Source: Octopus sinensis (lineage: Eukaryota). From it: a DNA stretch of 64,000 bases. The stretch is from contig NC_043010.1 of NCBI RefSeq assembly GCF_006345805.1, forward strand, positions 64,356,001-64,420,000, read 5' to 3'. The notes beneath the pieces are model-generated. The model saw nothing but the letters and a program-made list of their open reading frames with translations, made no database searches and was not told the DNA's origin. Made by a program: the position numbers and the translations under genes. This document shows, piece after piece, positions 1 through 12,671 of this stretch (the stretch's first letter is position 1; each line of letters starts with the position of its first letter).

Positions 1-890
1 AAGATGTTCGAGTGACATCTGGAGCAAAGATAAGGAGCACGAAAAGGATGCTGAATGGTTATGGTTGCAAGAACTGAAACAAACAGTAGTCTGTCCAAAA
101 CAGACAGGACTAGTCATTTTAGTTCGGAATCAGATGGAGTTCAAGGCTACTGGATCAAATGATTTGGTGAATGTCATGCACGAATAGCTGCACAAATCAA
201 CACCTTGTTAAATGCCGACCAAGTAACACCAGAGTGGTTGACATTGGGTAGGACAGTGCTGTGCTTGAAAAACATTCGAAAAAGGCAATACGGTACACAA
301 CTACTGGCCGATATCTTGTTTGCCACTTACGTGGAAATTATTAACTGGAATACTCGCAGAGTCAATGTACGAACATCTGGAAAAAAATTTGGAGTCCTGC
401 CACATGAGCAGAAGGGTTGCTAGCGTAAGTGCAGAGGTACCAAGGATCAACTCCTGATAGACAAAACTGTTCTTAGAGACTGTAAGAGGAGGAAAAGTAA
501 CTTAGCCATGTCACGGACCGACAATAGTAAGGCGTACGATATGATCCAACATTCTTGGATTATGGAATGTATGAACCTATTTGGTATTGCATCGAATGTT
601 GAGCGATTGCTTGGAAAAAGTATGGTGAATTGGAGGACGGACCTGGCAGCATACGAAAGAAGTTTAGGGAAAGTAGAAATCAGAAAGGCATCTTCCAAGA
701 GGACTGCCTGTCTCCATCGATCTTTGTACTGTGCTTGATTTCACTAACACTGATTCTCAGGAAAGCAAAAGCTGGGTATGTATTCAAAAGCCAGCAACAA
801 ATAGTCAACCACTTGTTATTCATGGATGACCTCAAACTTTATGGTAAAGATGAAGCCCAAGTCAGTTCCCTCGTTGATACGATGTACTAG
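1..890 (+). mobile_element. Degenerate R4/Dong-like non-LTR retrotransposon RT fragment
   Basis: Frameshifted RT motifs [19 protein letters not shown] and [11 protein letters not shown]. Confidence 0.85.
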
Positions 891-1355
891 CAAGTTGAGC
901 GATTGCTGAGAGATTTGGCTTTCTTATTTGTTTGTATATCATTGCTTTTGTTGTTGCTGATAATGTTATTTGCATTTGGGTAAACTCAGATCGAGAAGGC
1001 AGTCCCATGTTATTCAACCACTACTACTGCTGTTGTTTATATTCTGATGAATCCTGACTGATTAGAAAGATCTACGGTTATAGATATTCCACCCGTGGCC
1101 ATCTTAAGAGATATTTAGGTCTCCATTGTTTAATGTTTCTTGTTTGTAGTCTAACAGGGTATTGTTTGAGGAAGATTTGGTCGCTGTTACTAGCAGATCA
1201 ATCGAAAATATTGAGGCGCCGTAGTTGGTTAAACGATTTCCTATTATGGTTGTCTTGGTCATCAGTCATTCATTGATTTTTTGCCATCTTTTCAATTATG
1301 AAACGAGTTCTTTACTGTTTTACGCAATAAAAGGTATAATACGTTTGTTTCACAG

Positions 1356-1490
1356 TCTGCGCGAGAGGCGAGTATGGACAATATTGCACCAAAACATGTA
1401 GATGTTCTGGTTATGACAACTGCAACCCGATTTATGGCACATGTCCTAGAGGCTGTGCATCTGGATACAGGGGTTACGACTGTCAGCAAA
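1356..1490 (+). CDS. Exon A1, 8-Cys EGF/laminin-EGF-like module of a MEGF10/SCARF-like gene
   Basis: Acceptor tttgtttcacAG, donor GTAAGT, 135 nt, phase 1-1. Translates CARGEYGQYCTKTCRCSGYDNCNPIYGTCPRGCASGYRGYDCQQ. Confidence 0.92.
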
Positions 1491-2600
1491 GTAAGTATAC
1501 GTCTATACTAATAATCAAACTATTTCCCCACAACTCACACACATGATCTGTTCTTAACTTTAATTAAGTGGGATACAAGTGCATAAACTCATTAAAAATT
1601 TTTTTTCTGTTTGATATTGAGATGTCTTACTTAAAATTTTGATTGTTATAATCTAAGCTTAACAATGTCTATCTCACCTATATACATGTATTGTATATAG
1701 GTATTGTATATACATGTATTGTATATACATGTATTGAGTTATTCAAGTTGTCGTACTCTCTACAAGAGCATAAGTATATAAATACTTATTTTGCTAAGTA
1801 TTGAGTTATGTTGAACTAGCACTATGACCTGGCAACGCTGGGTCATAGTGCTAGTGCATGCATATACAGCTGCGTGCATGCACACATACACGCGAGTACT
1901 GTCCAAATCTCCGACCAATCACATACAGCTAGCTGGCATTCAATTGGCGTATCAAGTTTCGGGCATTTTGATTGGGTTTTGGAAAGAAAATTCACAAAAA
2001 AGTCACTTCTATTGATTTTTTAATGGTTTTACAGGGTGACTGGGGAAATGTAAAGATGTGCTCGACTAGCCTTGGACGGTTTTGAATGACCATAGAAAGT
2101 GCGAGCCCTCTAACTGAAAAATTGTGGATACGTATAAAGGACACGCACGCAGACATTTTGCCGTTTATATATATAGCGATTATTAATGAAAAGTGAGTGA
2201 AGTAAATGTGAACAACAGACATGTCTAACATCCTAGAATTTGTGGAAGAAACACCCACACAGGTTAAGTTACCTCTCCGTATCTAATGCACTCAGTACAT
2301 GAATATCTTAATGATGATAAAGATGATCATGTTGTTGTTGTTGTTGTTGTTCTTCTTCTTCTTTTTCATGTTCAAATTACTCCCAAGTCGACTTTGCCTT
2401 TTATCCTTTCAGGGTCGATAAAGTAAGTAGTCGTTGAGTACTGAGGTCGATGAAATCAACTCATCACCTACCCCGAACTTGCTGCCCTGTTGCAAAATTG
2501 TCGTCGTCGTTATTATTACCATTATTATTACCATTATTATTAATATTATTATTATTATTATTATTAATATTATTATTGATATTATTATTAATATTATTAT

Positions 2601-2815
2601 TATGGCGAGCTGGTAGAATCATTAATATGCTGAGTAAAATACTAAGCAGTATTTTCGTTCGACCTTATGTTCTCAGTTCAAATTCCGTGGAAGTCGATTT
2701 GCCATTTCATCATTTCGTGGTCAATAAATTAAGTATTAGTTAAACACTGGGGTCGATGTAATCTATTTACTCCCTTCCCCGATCTTGCTGGCCTTGTGCC
2801 TAAATTTGAAATCAT
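2601..2815 (+). mobile_element. tRNA-derived SINE, degenerate (a truncated related piece lies at about 2368-2500; paralogs near 53626-54045)
   Basis: Head tggcgagctggtagaatc, B-box-like gttcaaattcc, body ending in an (ATC/ATT)n tail, preceded by (ATT)n. Confidence 0.6.
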
Positions 2816-2899
2816 CATTATCATTATAGCAAATGCATATATCGCCTCGGTGGTGTACTATCGCCTAACTGTCGTACCTGTCCTAAGACAACCTAGACC

Positions 2900-3640
2900 A
2901 GATTGAAGCGCTTACTTTTTTGATTGTTATGGTCAGAAAAACCAATTGATGCCGGCATTCACACTGTGGTGGTCTTGGGACGACATCTTTGAGGATGAGG
3001 TGCCAAGTCTTAAAGCTGTATCACCTACAGAGATATGTAAATCACAGCGATGATGTGAATGACGGGAGAGAAAATAAGAACGAGCTTTTCTGCAGCATTT
3101 CTTGTTAACAGAACTCTAGTCGTGGATCAAACGAAGACCAAAGTTGAGTATTTGGCATCTAGAATATTGCCAGGAACTCATTGAATTGCATTAGCTGCAC
3201 AAAACCGTTAACGGGAAAACACCTCAAGATTTCTGGGGCGTGGGTCTAGTTGAGGGTGTGAGGGATGATGGTTTAGGATTGAATCTAGGCCTTGACAGAT
3301 CTTTCGGGTTGAAGATCATGGACAATTTCTAAAAGTCTTTGGTATAGCAGTACTACAGTGAGACATTGCCTGTTATAGAATAACTCTTCAGGCATGGAAG
3401 ATCCAACAGCCGAGCCTGCTTGAGATGCATGCAGGGCGACGAAACCGTCTTGCATGCAATAATTCAGTGTCCGTACATTGGAGAAAGAAATAATATCCGA
3501 CATTCAGCACATCTCGAGAGCCAAGCAATTTGTGGGTATTTGATTGCTCTTCAAGATTGAAGTTCTGGCCGTCAAATACTCCGTAGCTCCCTGTTGGAGC
3601 GAAAGACATCTTCTCTATCCATCGTATTAGGAAGGAGGAC
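2900..3640 (+). mobile_element. Tx1/L1-like ORF2 C-terminal fragment (copies at about 31365-31915 and 54130-54800)
   Basis: About 3417-3476 encodes CLRCMQGDETVLHAIIQCP, a CxxC..ETxxH..C zinc-knuckle motif of L1/Tx1 ORF2. Confidence 0.6.
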
Positions 3641-4744
3641 TGTGAGAGTGAAGATCTCAAGAATTCCACCTGAGTTAAATTTATGGTGGATTTTAGCGTG
3701 CGTCGTATTGGGAGGGAATAACAGCCGCCTGGAGGTGAAGCGAACCCGTCATGGAAATCGGTCTGGGATTAGCGTGAAGGTACTCCTCTACATTAAACCA
3801 GACACAATCCACAAGATCTCAGATCTCTTTGGTATTCTTGGAGAAGAATTGCTGCATCTTACGGTTTATGTTAGAAGGCCATGGCACCACCTACGTGGAG
3901 GTTGAGGGGTTGGCCACTAGAAAGCTTTCTCTTCTAAACAGAAGATAGGGAACAATAGGGCCTACTTATTGTCAATAACAGGTCCCCATAGGCCACAAGT
4001 CAACTATCAGTGAACTACAATAAAGGCTGCAACAACTCTGGAAACAACAGCATCATCAACAAGAACAACAAAATCAGCAAATGCTGGAAGAAACCAAGGA
4101 AAACAACAACATCAACAATACCAATAACGCGAGTAACAGATGCACCACCACCACCACCCTCAGCAGAAAGAATAATTATAACGCACACCCGACACTCAGG
4201 GTGTCCCTTTCAACGAAGCCCGGCCTCTCCTGTCCCCACTCCATCTCCTTTAAGGTCAAATACATACAGACTTGCACTCTGATTCTACAGATACTGATAC
4301 CTCTGCAACACAAAGTGAAAACGAGGGAGAAAACCCACCTGAAAGAGAAATATAAAAAGCATAAAGTATCATTTCCCTCGCCAACGCACGCCAAAATCCT
4401 CGAAAATATGCTCACAACATCCACAAACACACCTACAGCAACCCCAACCTCTCTTGTACTACGATTACCAACACATCCACCGCTATTACAACCATCTCCA
4501 CCAATACTAGCACCACTGCAACAATTCACAAAAAGAAAACACCCCAAGCAATAACAACCAATCAGAAAAACAAAACTTAAAGTGAGGAGGGCTCTCACAG
4601 CATGAACAAAAAAAAATATATATATATACATTTATATATATATATATATATATACATTTTTTTTCTCTCCTTGTTCTTTCTGTGTCCCTTTCTGTAGAAG
4701 AGCATAGGCTCGAAACGTAATCAATTTTTTCTATTCCTGAGCGA

Positions 4745-5063
4745 GTTGTACAAATGTTCTTGACTTGTGGTCGCTCTGGAAGCAAGGTTATCTGCTCAAC
4801 GACCTCAGGTTACTAACTACGGATGTGACGGCCGTCAGCGAAACCAGGACTTCTGACGCAGCGATCTAACACCTATTTTCGACAATTTTAAGATTTACGC
4901 ATCTTTTGGCTTGGAATGGGAAAAAGAGCGGCAGTGCTGTTTAGCAAAGGTCTGCATTTCGAGGTACAGCAGATCCTCCTGGGCCCGGATGGTAAGTTGA
5001 TGGCCCTAGATGTAAGCAATAGCGAAGGTAGTGTTTTTAGATTTGTCGCTCTGTACATCCCAA
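4745..5063 (+). mobile_element. Tx1/L1-like APE endonuclease fragment (copies at about 39545-39865 and 56345-56663)
   Basis: Reads GKQGYLLNDLRLLTTDVTAVSET..., then AAVLFSKGL..DGKLMALDV..FRFVALYIP, typical of an APE N-terminus. Confidence 0.6.
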
Positions 5064-7000
5064 CTGTTTCACTAATGGTAACCACATCTAAATCAAGAAA
5101 CCTGAGATCGTTGAATAAGTGTCCTTGCTTCCAAGCTGATCCCAAGCCACGCACATTCACGCCCCAACTCTGATCATAGTCGTGCTAGATGGAGAAAGAA
5201 AAAGAGGTTGCTCTCCTTGATTTTCGAGAATCCCGGAAGTTTCGGGCCTCTCTATTGGCAAATGTTTTTTAAAAGGCTCTCCCAAAAGCCTTTTGTCAAT
5301 TGATTTTTAAAAATCCCACACTAATTAGGAATTTTTCGCTGAGTGTTTTTAAAAGTCTAAGGACATTTTAACTAATAATCTGTCCTTCGGAGTTTGAAGA
5401 TGAAATCCTTAAATTCCTTTCCCTGTGTTGTAGTTTTGATTTTATTTTCCTTTACAAAATCCATCAATTCACTGTTGCATTTGTTCACAAAGTAAAATTG
5501 ATGAATACATTTCGCCTAAAATTGAAAGTATTTTCTTGTTTTTGCAGTGTCATTATTGGCTGTTTCTATGTTTTCAAGTTATTGTTGGAGATGCTCCTGT
5601 TTTTGTAAAAGTTATCGTTGTTACTTTTGTTGGAGGGGTTGCGAATTGGGTTGCAGTAGTGGTGTTTGACTTTCGTCTTGCTGTGTTCTTGAGCAGGTGT
5701 ATGTACTTTCCTCCCTTTTCGTCTCTTCTTTTTTTTTGTGTTAATGATACATTATTCGGTCTGCTCTTCTCTCTCCATATCATTGCTGTTGATGTTGGTT
5801 CGGGAGGCAGGACGTCCAGGTGAAGCTTGATTTCCGTGGTAGCCGGGAGTAGACTTCTTTGTATTGGTGTGGGTGAAGGAATCTTGAGCTCGTCTCCATG
5901 ATTTTGTGTTTGTGGTGTTGGTAGCAGTGGGAGTTTTGTTTTCCTTGCTTGAGGGCCGAAAAACTTTAAATGAGTCATAAATATGGCATCTTGGTTTTCT
6001 ACCCTCTATTAACACTGACAGGTGAGTACCATCCGGGAGGCCTATTAGGTTAGGTAGCTCGTCGATATAGGTTTGCATACATTGTAATGTTTGTTTCATA
6101 CCTATACATGACCAGTTTTGTTGAGGTATTTTCTTTACCTCCAAGATAGTCACGTTGTCTTCCTCTATACTTGCCAAGACGGCGGCTACTAATCATCTGG
6201 CTACATATCCCTCTGGCGATGGATATTTCTGGCGATATTTCACGTTCATCACCACAACTTTAGCAAGGTGTTAGCTGCAATAGCTTCAATCGTCCCAAAT
6301 TTCTTTCCTCGGATGATGTGGGTCTTCTGTTGTCATGCACATTCAAAGCATTTCTGGATTTGGCTTTCAGAAACATTTTTCATTCGGAGCGATTTTACTC
6401 CAATGCAGCAGTATGTAACCGAGTATCTTAAGATGTTTCCGATCACGTCGAGTGGAGAGTTTTGGGCAACTTTTCTTCCATTTCTTTGAACGATTTTTTG
6501 GGCCAATTTCAATTCTTCTTCGTCGATGGGGAAATCTTCAAGATTTCTCGTAGCATTTACAAAAAAAAAATAAATAAAATAAAAAAAATCCCAATTCCAG
6601 GATCCCTTGCTGCTTTAGCGGCTGCAGCGGAGACTGTTGTGGCGTCTATGGCGGTAGTGATGTTCACGTTTCCTTTAAAATTTTCTTTGTTTATCTTTCC
6701 TTCTTTAACTTTCACTTCGTTATTATCGGTATTGCTGTTGACATTGTTGTTGTCGTCATCGTCGCCGTCGTCTTCGTATGTTTTCTTTAATTGCTACTTC
6801 ACTGTTTCAGCATTGTTTAGAGACGAAGATGTATTCAACTCGGTTTTCTTTTTCGCTGGCACGGTGGTCACATACTGTAGTCAATGGTATGCCAGTATTC
6901 TCTTTTTTCTCTGACAAGGAACACATCCCGTCTTCGAACATTATAATGACTTCTTTATCAGCCATGTTTCAATATATATGGAAAATAAGAAAATATTTGT
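5064..7000 (-). mobile_element. 5' part of a Tx1/L1-like LINE: decayed ORF1 plus start of ORF2 (copies at about 39866-41740 and 56664-58600)
   Basis: ORF 4888..5160 begins NVRGLGSAWKQGHLFNDLRFLDLDVVTISET, the APE start motif. Fragmented ORF1-like frames lie upstream on the same strand. Confidence 0.65.
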
Positions 7001-7782
7001 CTTCTCCATTAGTTGGCAAAAAAAAAAAAAATTGATGCGCATCCCCTGCAAAAGAGAATGCATTACTAAGCAAAAATACTATTAGCGCAGTCCAGGCAAT
7101 GTCAGAAACAAGGTGGTGATAAAAATAACAAAAGAACGGTGCCTTAGAATTCCGAAAAAATTATGAACACTACTACAACTTACAGACCTTCGAGTTACCC
7201 TGTCTCCCTAGTAGGGCGGCCATAAAATTTATATTTACTACTACTACTACGTTAACATTTTAACATCATGACATACCCCTTGGCTGCCTTTAGAAGAAAC
7301 CACTCTGTCGCATTCCGGATCGTCTCTGCTCTGAGTATAAATTACCCCGTATCTTCCACCAGTTTTTGAATTCCTCCTGCTGCTGCTGCTGCTGCTGCTG
7401 CTACTGCTACTACTACTACTACTACTACTACTACGTTAACATTTTGTAGAATATGTTTCAAAGTTAATAATTCCTGGGTGTTTTCTTACAAGAATACTAT
7501 AGCTGTTGGAATTTATATTCTCACTCAATCTTAAAGTGCAAACACGACTATGAAGACATTAAAGATTCATTTTCAGCCGTAGGTTTCATACTTCGAAAAA
7601 TTTGGGAGATATCAGTATCAGTCGATTAAACCAATTCCGGTATTGGTAAATTTTTTTTAATATTATTAATTCTGGAAGGATGGAAAGTGGAGTTAATGTG
7701 AACAGAATTTGAACTTCAGACGTAAATGGCCAAAGCTAAATACTGCAAGGATTTTGTAATACACTGCAACAATTCTTTCAAT

Positions 7783-8745
7783 TTAGTATCTTTTTTCGGT
7801 TAATATAAAGCCTTTCAGAGTTGCTGCTGCCAATAAGAATATGTGTATTCTCTTGGCAGCAGGTTTAATGCTGTCCATATAAAGGTACTTCGCGAGGTAT
7901 TGTTTTAAGTAACAGGCATGAATGCCTGGGCGAACAACCGATCTCTTCACTGACCTCCACAATCTCTCTATCGTCTGTGTGTGCACCGACGCGTTTGTCG
8001 GATCAACAAAGTTTTTACTGTGGTTGATGCGGAAGTGGGTATACCCGAGATTTCCAAGAGAGTTATACGCAGCCCAAGAATTGCTATATACTACCGACCC
8101 TTGGCGTATATATCGGCTAATTGAGGGGATCAGTGTGGCGGCATCTCGCCTTTCCTCTTCACTGCACTCAGATGAAAGAGGTACCAAAAATTTCTTTTTG
8201 GCTACTCGCTCTATCCCACCGAAAAGCCAGATAGTTTTTGTGAGTCTTCCGCGATTGTATTTTCTCCTTACAATAACTGTTTCATCGATCTCTACTTCAA
8301 CTCCTGGTCCACCGATTTGGTCCTGGTAATTCTCTACCCAATGCTGACAAACCTCGGAGCAGAAGGATTGCCAATCAATTGAGGTCGGATACGAAATGTT
8401 CAAATTTCCAACGACTAATACATGCGACCAACAGTCTGTAAGGAAGTAATTCACAAATAACAGGATTTTACAGGGTGGTAGCTGACTCCGCTCCAAAAAT
8501 GTGTTGCTGTATAGGGATATTGAATATCTACATTGCATTGGCCTTTGCCTTTGACGGCGAACAGTCCTTCCACATCGGAAGATGTATGTATTTTCGCGCA
8601 ATGTACATGGTAAATTGCATCTGGGGCAGTCAACTGTGTTGGGAATGATATTATGTTTTCGAAAGAAATCTAATGCCTCACTGTCATTAGTAAATCGGCG
8701 AATCCCATCCTGTAATGTTAATTCACATGAATTGCAAAGTGCCAT
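7783..8745 (-). CDS. Merlin/ISXO2-like DDE transposase, probably inactive
   Basis: Motifs GGPGVEVEIDET, RKYNRGR, WLFGGIER, NHSKNFVDP and HTQTIERLW. The second catalytic motif reads SNSW rather than SDxW. Confidence 0.85.
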   Translation of the reverse strand: MALCNSCELTLQDGIRRFTNDSEALDFFRKHNIIPNTVDCPRCNLPCTLRENTYIFRCGRTVRRQRQRPMQCRYSISLYSNTFLERSQLPPCKILLFVNYFLTDCWSHVLVVGNLNISYPTSIDWQSFCSEVCQHWVENYQDQIGGPGVEVEIDETVIVRRKYNRGRLTKTIWLFGGIERVAKKKFLVPLSSECSEEERRDAATLIPSISRYIRQGSVVYSNSWAAYNSLGNLGYTHFRINHSKNFVDPTNASVHTQTIERLWRSVKRSVVRPGIHACYLKQYLAKYLYMDSIKPAAKRIHIFLLAAATLKGFILTEKRY

Positions 8746-9257
8746 TCTCTATCATACAAGTCTTTATCCTGGCCCGAAATAATTTTTTCCTCCAAACGCA
8801 ACCCATCTCATTTCTTTATCAACACTGTCGATGGACCACTCAAAGAGGTATGTATACATTATCATTTTTGTAACATAATTTCTGTAGTATTTCAAGATGT
8901 TTCTGACACGTATTTTGATTCACATGGCGGAGATCCAACATTTCTTCACTTTTTCCAGAATTTCTTCACTTTATTTTTTTTTTTTGCGAAATATGTACAA
9001 AAATACAGAGTTTATGATTCATGAGTGAGTGTGTGTTCTTGATACTCGTTTAGAACAAGTAGTTTTATACCAATTACACTATTTTTTCTTAGTTTAAAGG
9101 CCATGGACTGAAGATGGAAAATTTCCGAAGCCTCTCCCCAACCCCGCTTTCGCGAGCGCGCATTTTTTTAATCATATTCGTTTAGAGCAAGTTGTTTTAC
9201 ACTTGTTACACACATTTTTTTTTGATTTTCTGAAAGGCGTAACGCTTTATATTAACC
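7798..9257 (-). mobile_element. Merlin (IS1016/ISXO2-like) DNA transposon
   Basis: TIR GGTTAATATAAAGC at both ends. 8-bp TSD CTTTTTTC/CTTCTTTC. A single-copy empty site lies at 42506-42513. Confidence 0.92.
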
Positions 9258-12200
9258 CTTCTTTCTATGTCTCATCAAAAGGAAACAAAAAGAAATCAAC
9301 ATATTCATATATTTCAATCAAAAATCGATGGTTGATAAAGTAGAACAACCAGATAAAAAAATTACTGAGTTCACTTTTGTTTGTAGGCTTTGAGTTGAAA
9401 TCCACAAGATAAATTTAGTGTCAGTAATATACTTTACAGGTAATTTCATTGCACTACATTCTTGACATAAAAAATGACTTTCCCAATATAATGAATGCCA
9501 ATAGACGCAGAATAGGCAGAGGTGTTAAAACATCGAATAGGGTACCTTGCAGTATTTCTTAAGAATATTTGTAGTGATTTCAAATACCACTGATGTCAAT
9601 TTTTCCTTTCATCCTTTTGGCGTCAAGAATATAGAACTAATCCAATATTTTTTTTCCTTCTTGAAAAAATCGGCTCTTAGTGGGAGATAGGATACACAAA
9701 GTTTAAAATGATGATGTGCATGTATTAAATCTAGTTATATTTAATTAAATTTTCAAACAGAATCGAAACAGAAACAGCTACTTAACACACCTTTATGAGA
9801 TGTATACATCAACGAGTAATCTGTATTCTTAACTTCGAAACTGTATTTCTCTAAGTTATGGTAGTGGCTGTGTACACCATATTCAGTTTACAAAATTCTT
9901 GCCTAGTTCAGTGTACTCAAATCCATCTTGGTGGACTCAGTCGGTAGAAAAAGGAAACACAGTGTGGTCCGGTTGTCCAGATTCTAATCTATGTAACTTA
10001 TTGTTTGTTGATTGGTAAATTGTTTGACAGTTAACGTCCTAAGAATCCGATCAGTAGAGTTTATGTCTTTTCATCTGCTGTACACTTCAAAGTAAATAAA
10101 GTAAAATAATGTATTTATTTAACAACAATCTATTAATATATTTTAGCATGTAAATGTAAATGATTAGATAATCAACTATATTGTGATGCCATTTAATAAC
10201 ACACTGTTAAATTCATTATAAATCTAAATTTTCTTCATGAGGTATCAAAATTTTCGTCACACAGCTGTAAAATGGTTCTTGACATAGATCCACTGCAATG
10301 CTGAGTTAGTGACCAATTCGCAGTTGTGCGTCAATACGTTTAACATCACGTCAAATTTTATGAGATTTAACAGTTTTGTGTGCTCTTGATTAAATGGCTG
10401 TTCGACGATGTAGTTGATTCAAGTTACTTTCTTGTACAACTAGGAAATATAAACAAATTAAACCAGAGGGATCTATTTGGTACTGACTTCCTTATTAAGT
10501 AAATGGATTTAGTTATGAATGAGAAAAGCGATATCAATATTTTTATCAATATATTTCAATGTTTGAATTTATTAAAGATAAACATACCTTATTTCTTCTT
10601 CAATCAACTTTTTTTTACATGTAATGCTAGTAAATAAAGGAAGTACTTTATATTAAGTACATTATTTTGTCTTTTCTGCTTTAAAATATTGTATTATTAT
10701 CATGGCACATCTAATTACACCTCAAGGTACATCATGGTATTGCAACGCCCAGTTTGGGTATTATTACAAGATTATTAAAATTCGTAAAATAGAGAAGTTC
10801 ATATATAGTAAAGAAAAGTAAATTTGGACATCAGAGAAGGTCAGTTTCCGAAAAAATAAAATACCTCTCCTAATTTCGCTGTCAAATTGGAGATAATGGA
10901 TTAATCAACAAAGAGTTAATGACAGAGATTAGAAGATAGTTTAATCCTCCAAGTCTTTGGAAGAAAAGGATCGGATTTCTGAAGTCTGAGTGTCTGACTT
11001 GTAGAGCGGACAGTTTATAAGCAGACATATGCGATTTTGTTGAGTAGTACTTAACAGGGGCAACTATTGGTATAGTAGTTACTCAAAATATATGTTTAGA
11101 TAAGAGTAAAGATTTTAAAAATATTTAAGCCATGAAATACAAGAGAAATTCCGTATAGTTACCACAAAGACCCAAACTCTACCCATTCCTTTTAATCTTA
11201 AACTGCACATAACTTCCAATAACAGATATGCATCACTATCAGATGTTACTTTCATTCCTCATTCTAAGTTAGCCCTAAAAATGAAATCACTCCAAAGCTA
11301 GCGAAGAACAAACTGTGTTGGTACAGCAAAATCTAACCCTTACAATCTCTATAACTCCATTAGCAAACATTTGCATATACAACGCCTTCACAACTACTGC
11401 AACATCAATCTCTCATACTCCTTCAAACATATCTGTTACACAGTCCAACACTGCTACAACACCAAAGGACCACGAAAGAAATTTTGTAGGATTGATTGAT
11501 TTGTTAAAAATAGCAGCCAAATGCCATTCAAATTGCATTCTCCATCTTAAAAAGATATTTTACACTTAAAACCAACAGCAAATGACGGAATACCTTAGAT
11601 ATCTGATCAAGGCTAACAGTGGTCAAAGCAACAACAATTTCAACACTATTCTGATGAGAATATCCGTCCAAGGAAACACACACACACACAATCTTGACCT
11701 GCAAGAAATAGTAGCCAAATCTTCCTCAAATCACACACTACCCTCGTATACAAAGAAAGAATACATAAGATAATTTAGCTATTCAGATACTGTATACATT
11801 CTCTGAAAATAAGCTGGGTGGTCATTGTTTTGGGGCCAAACAACTCCAAGAACCACCTTAAACGCTTTCTGGATTTCACATTTGTCCTCGAGGAGTTCAT
11901 CACTTGAACCGACAAGCATACAAAATAGACTGGGCAAAAAAAGAAACACATGTCCCAACTGACAATAATTCATATTCAGGATGTATTAGTGCGAAGGCCC
12001 ACCAAGTGGTGAAGGCTTCGTATATCAAGTGTAATAGATCTGTGACTTGCACTTACTCTTTCGATCAACTATTATAGATATGCTCATCGTATCTGATTTT
12101 AAACTGAACTCCGCAATAACAGAAACAGCATTTGATAAATGGCATCGTAAGGAAATCCTTCACATAATTCTTTTGGTAGCTTTTAACTTGTCTCTTCTAA

Positions 12201-12304
12201 TTCTTAATTCATGTAGTCAGTAAAGTGTATCTGATATTTTAAACTTTAACAGAGTCTGTTTAACGTCAAATCTGGTGGATATTAAAAGAAGTTGTTCTTT
12301 TCAG

Positions 12305-12439
12305 GGTGTCCTGGTGGAAGGTATGGTACTGGCTGTAATGAGGAATGCAACTGTCGAGATAAGGACGTGTGTGACAGAGTCACTGGAATATGTCCACATG
12401 GATGTCCACCTGGTTTCAAGACAGGCGCTTGTAAAGAAG
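12305..12439 (+). CDS. Exon B1, 8-Cys EGF-like module
   Basis: Acceptor ttcttttcAG, donor GTTAAT, 135 nt, phase 1-1. Translates CPGGRYGTGCNEECNCRDKDVCDRVTGICPHGCPPGFKTGACKE. Confidence 0.9.
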
Positions 12440-12671
12440 GTTAATAACGTTTGCTTTCTGTTGTCATTGTGTATTGCAATTGTTGTTCTTTTTAGTTATG
12501 TATTCTGAGATGCTAATACAAGATATAGCAAAGATTACCAACAAGGGTGACAGTACTGTGTGTGACATGGAACAGTGTACTAACAATGTACTTGCTTTTT
12601 CAGCAAAATATAAAAACAAGGGAGACAACAAGATATACAAACTAGAGAAACAACAGCCTAAGCTAACAACA

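Noticed and set aside
4081-4554. 157-aa ORF conserved in three copies (also 32355..32828 and 55267..55740)
   Set aside because: Conservation only reflects the recent duplication. It has no recognisable domain and sits among LINE debris.
7783-8745. Bacterial IS1595-family contamination or recent bacterial transfer
   Set aside because: It is embedded in a spliceosomal intron with a TSD and an empty paralogous site, which fits eukaryotic Merlin.
12275-12508. ORF-track proteins overlapping exon B (also 45545..45778)
   Set aside because: Wrong frame. The Cys-patterned frame bounded by AG/GT is the credible one.
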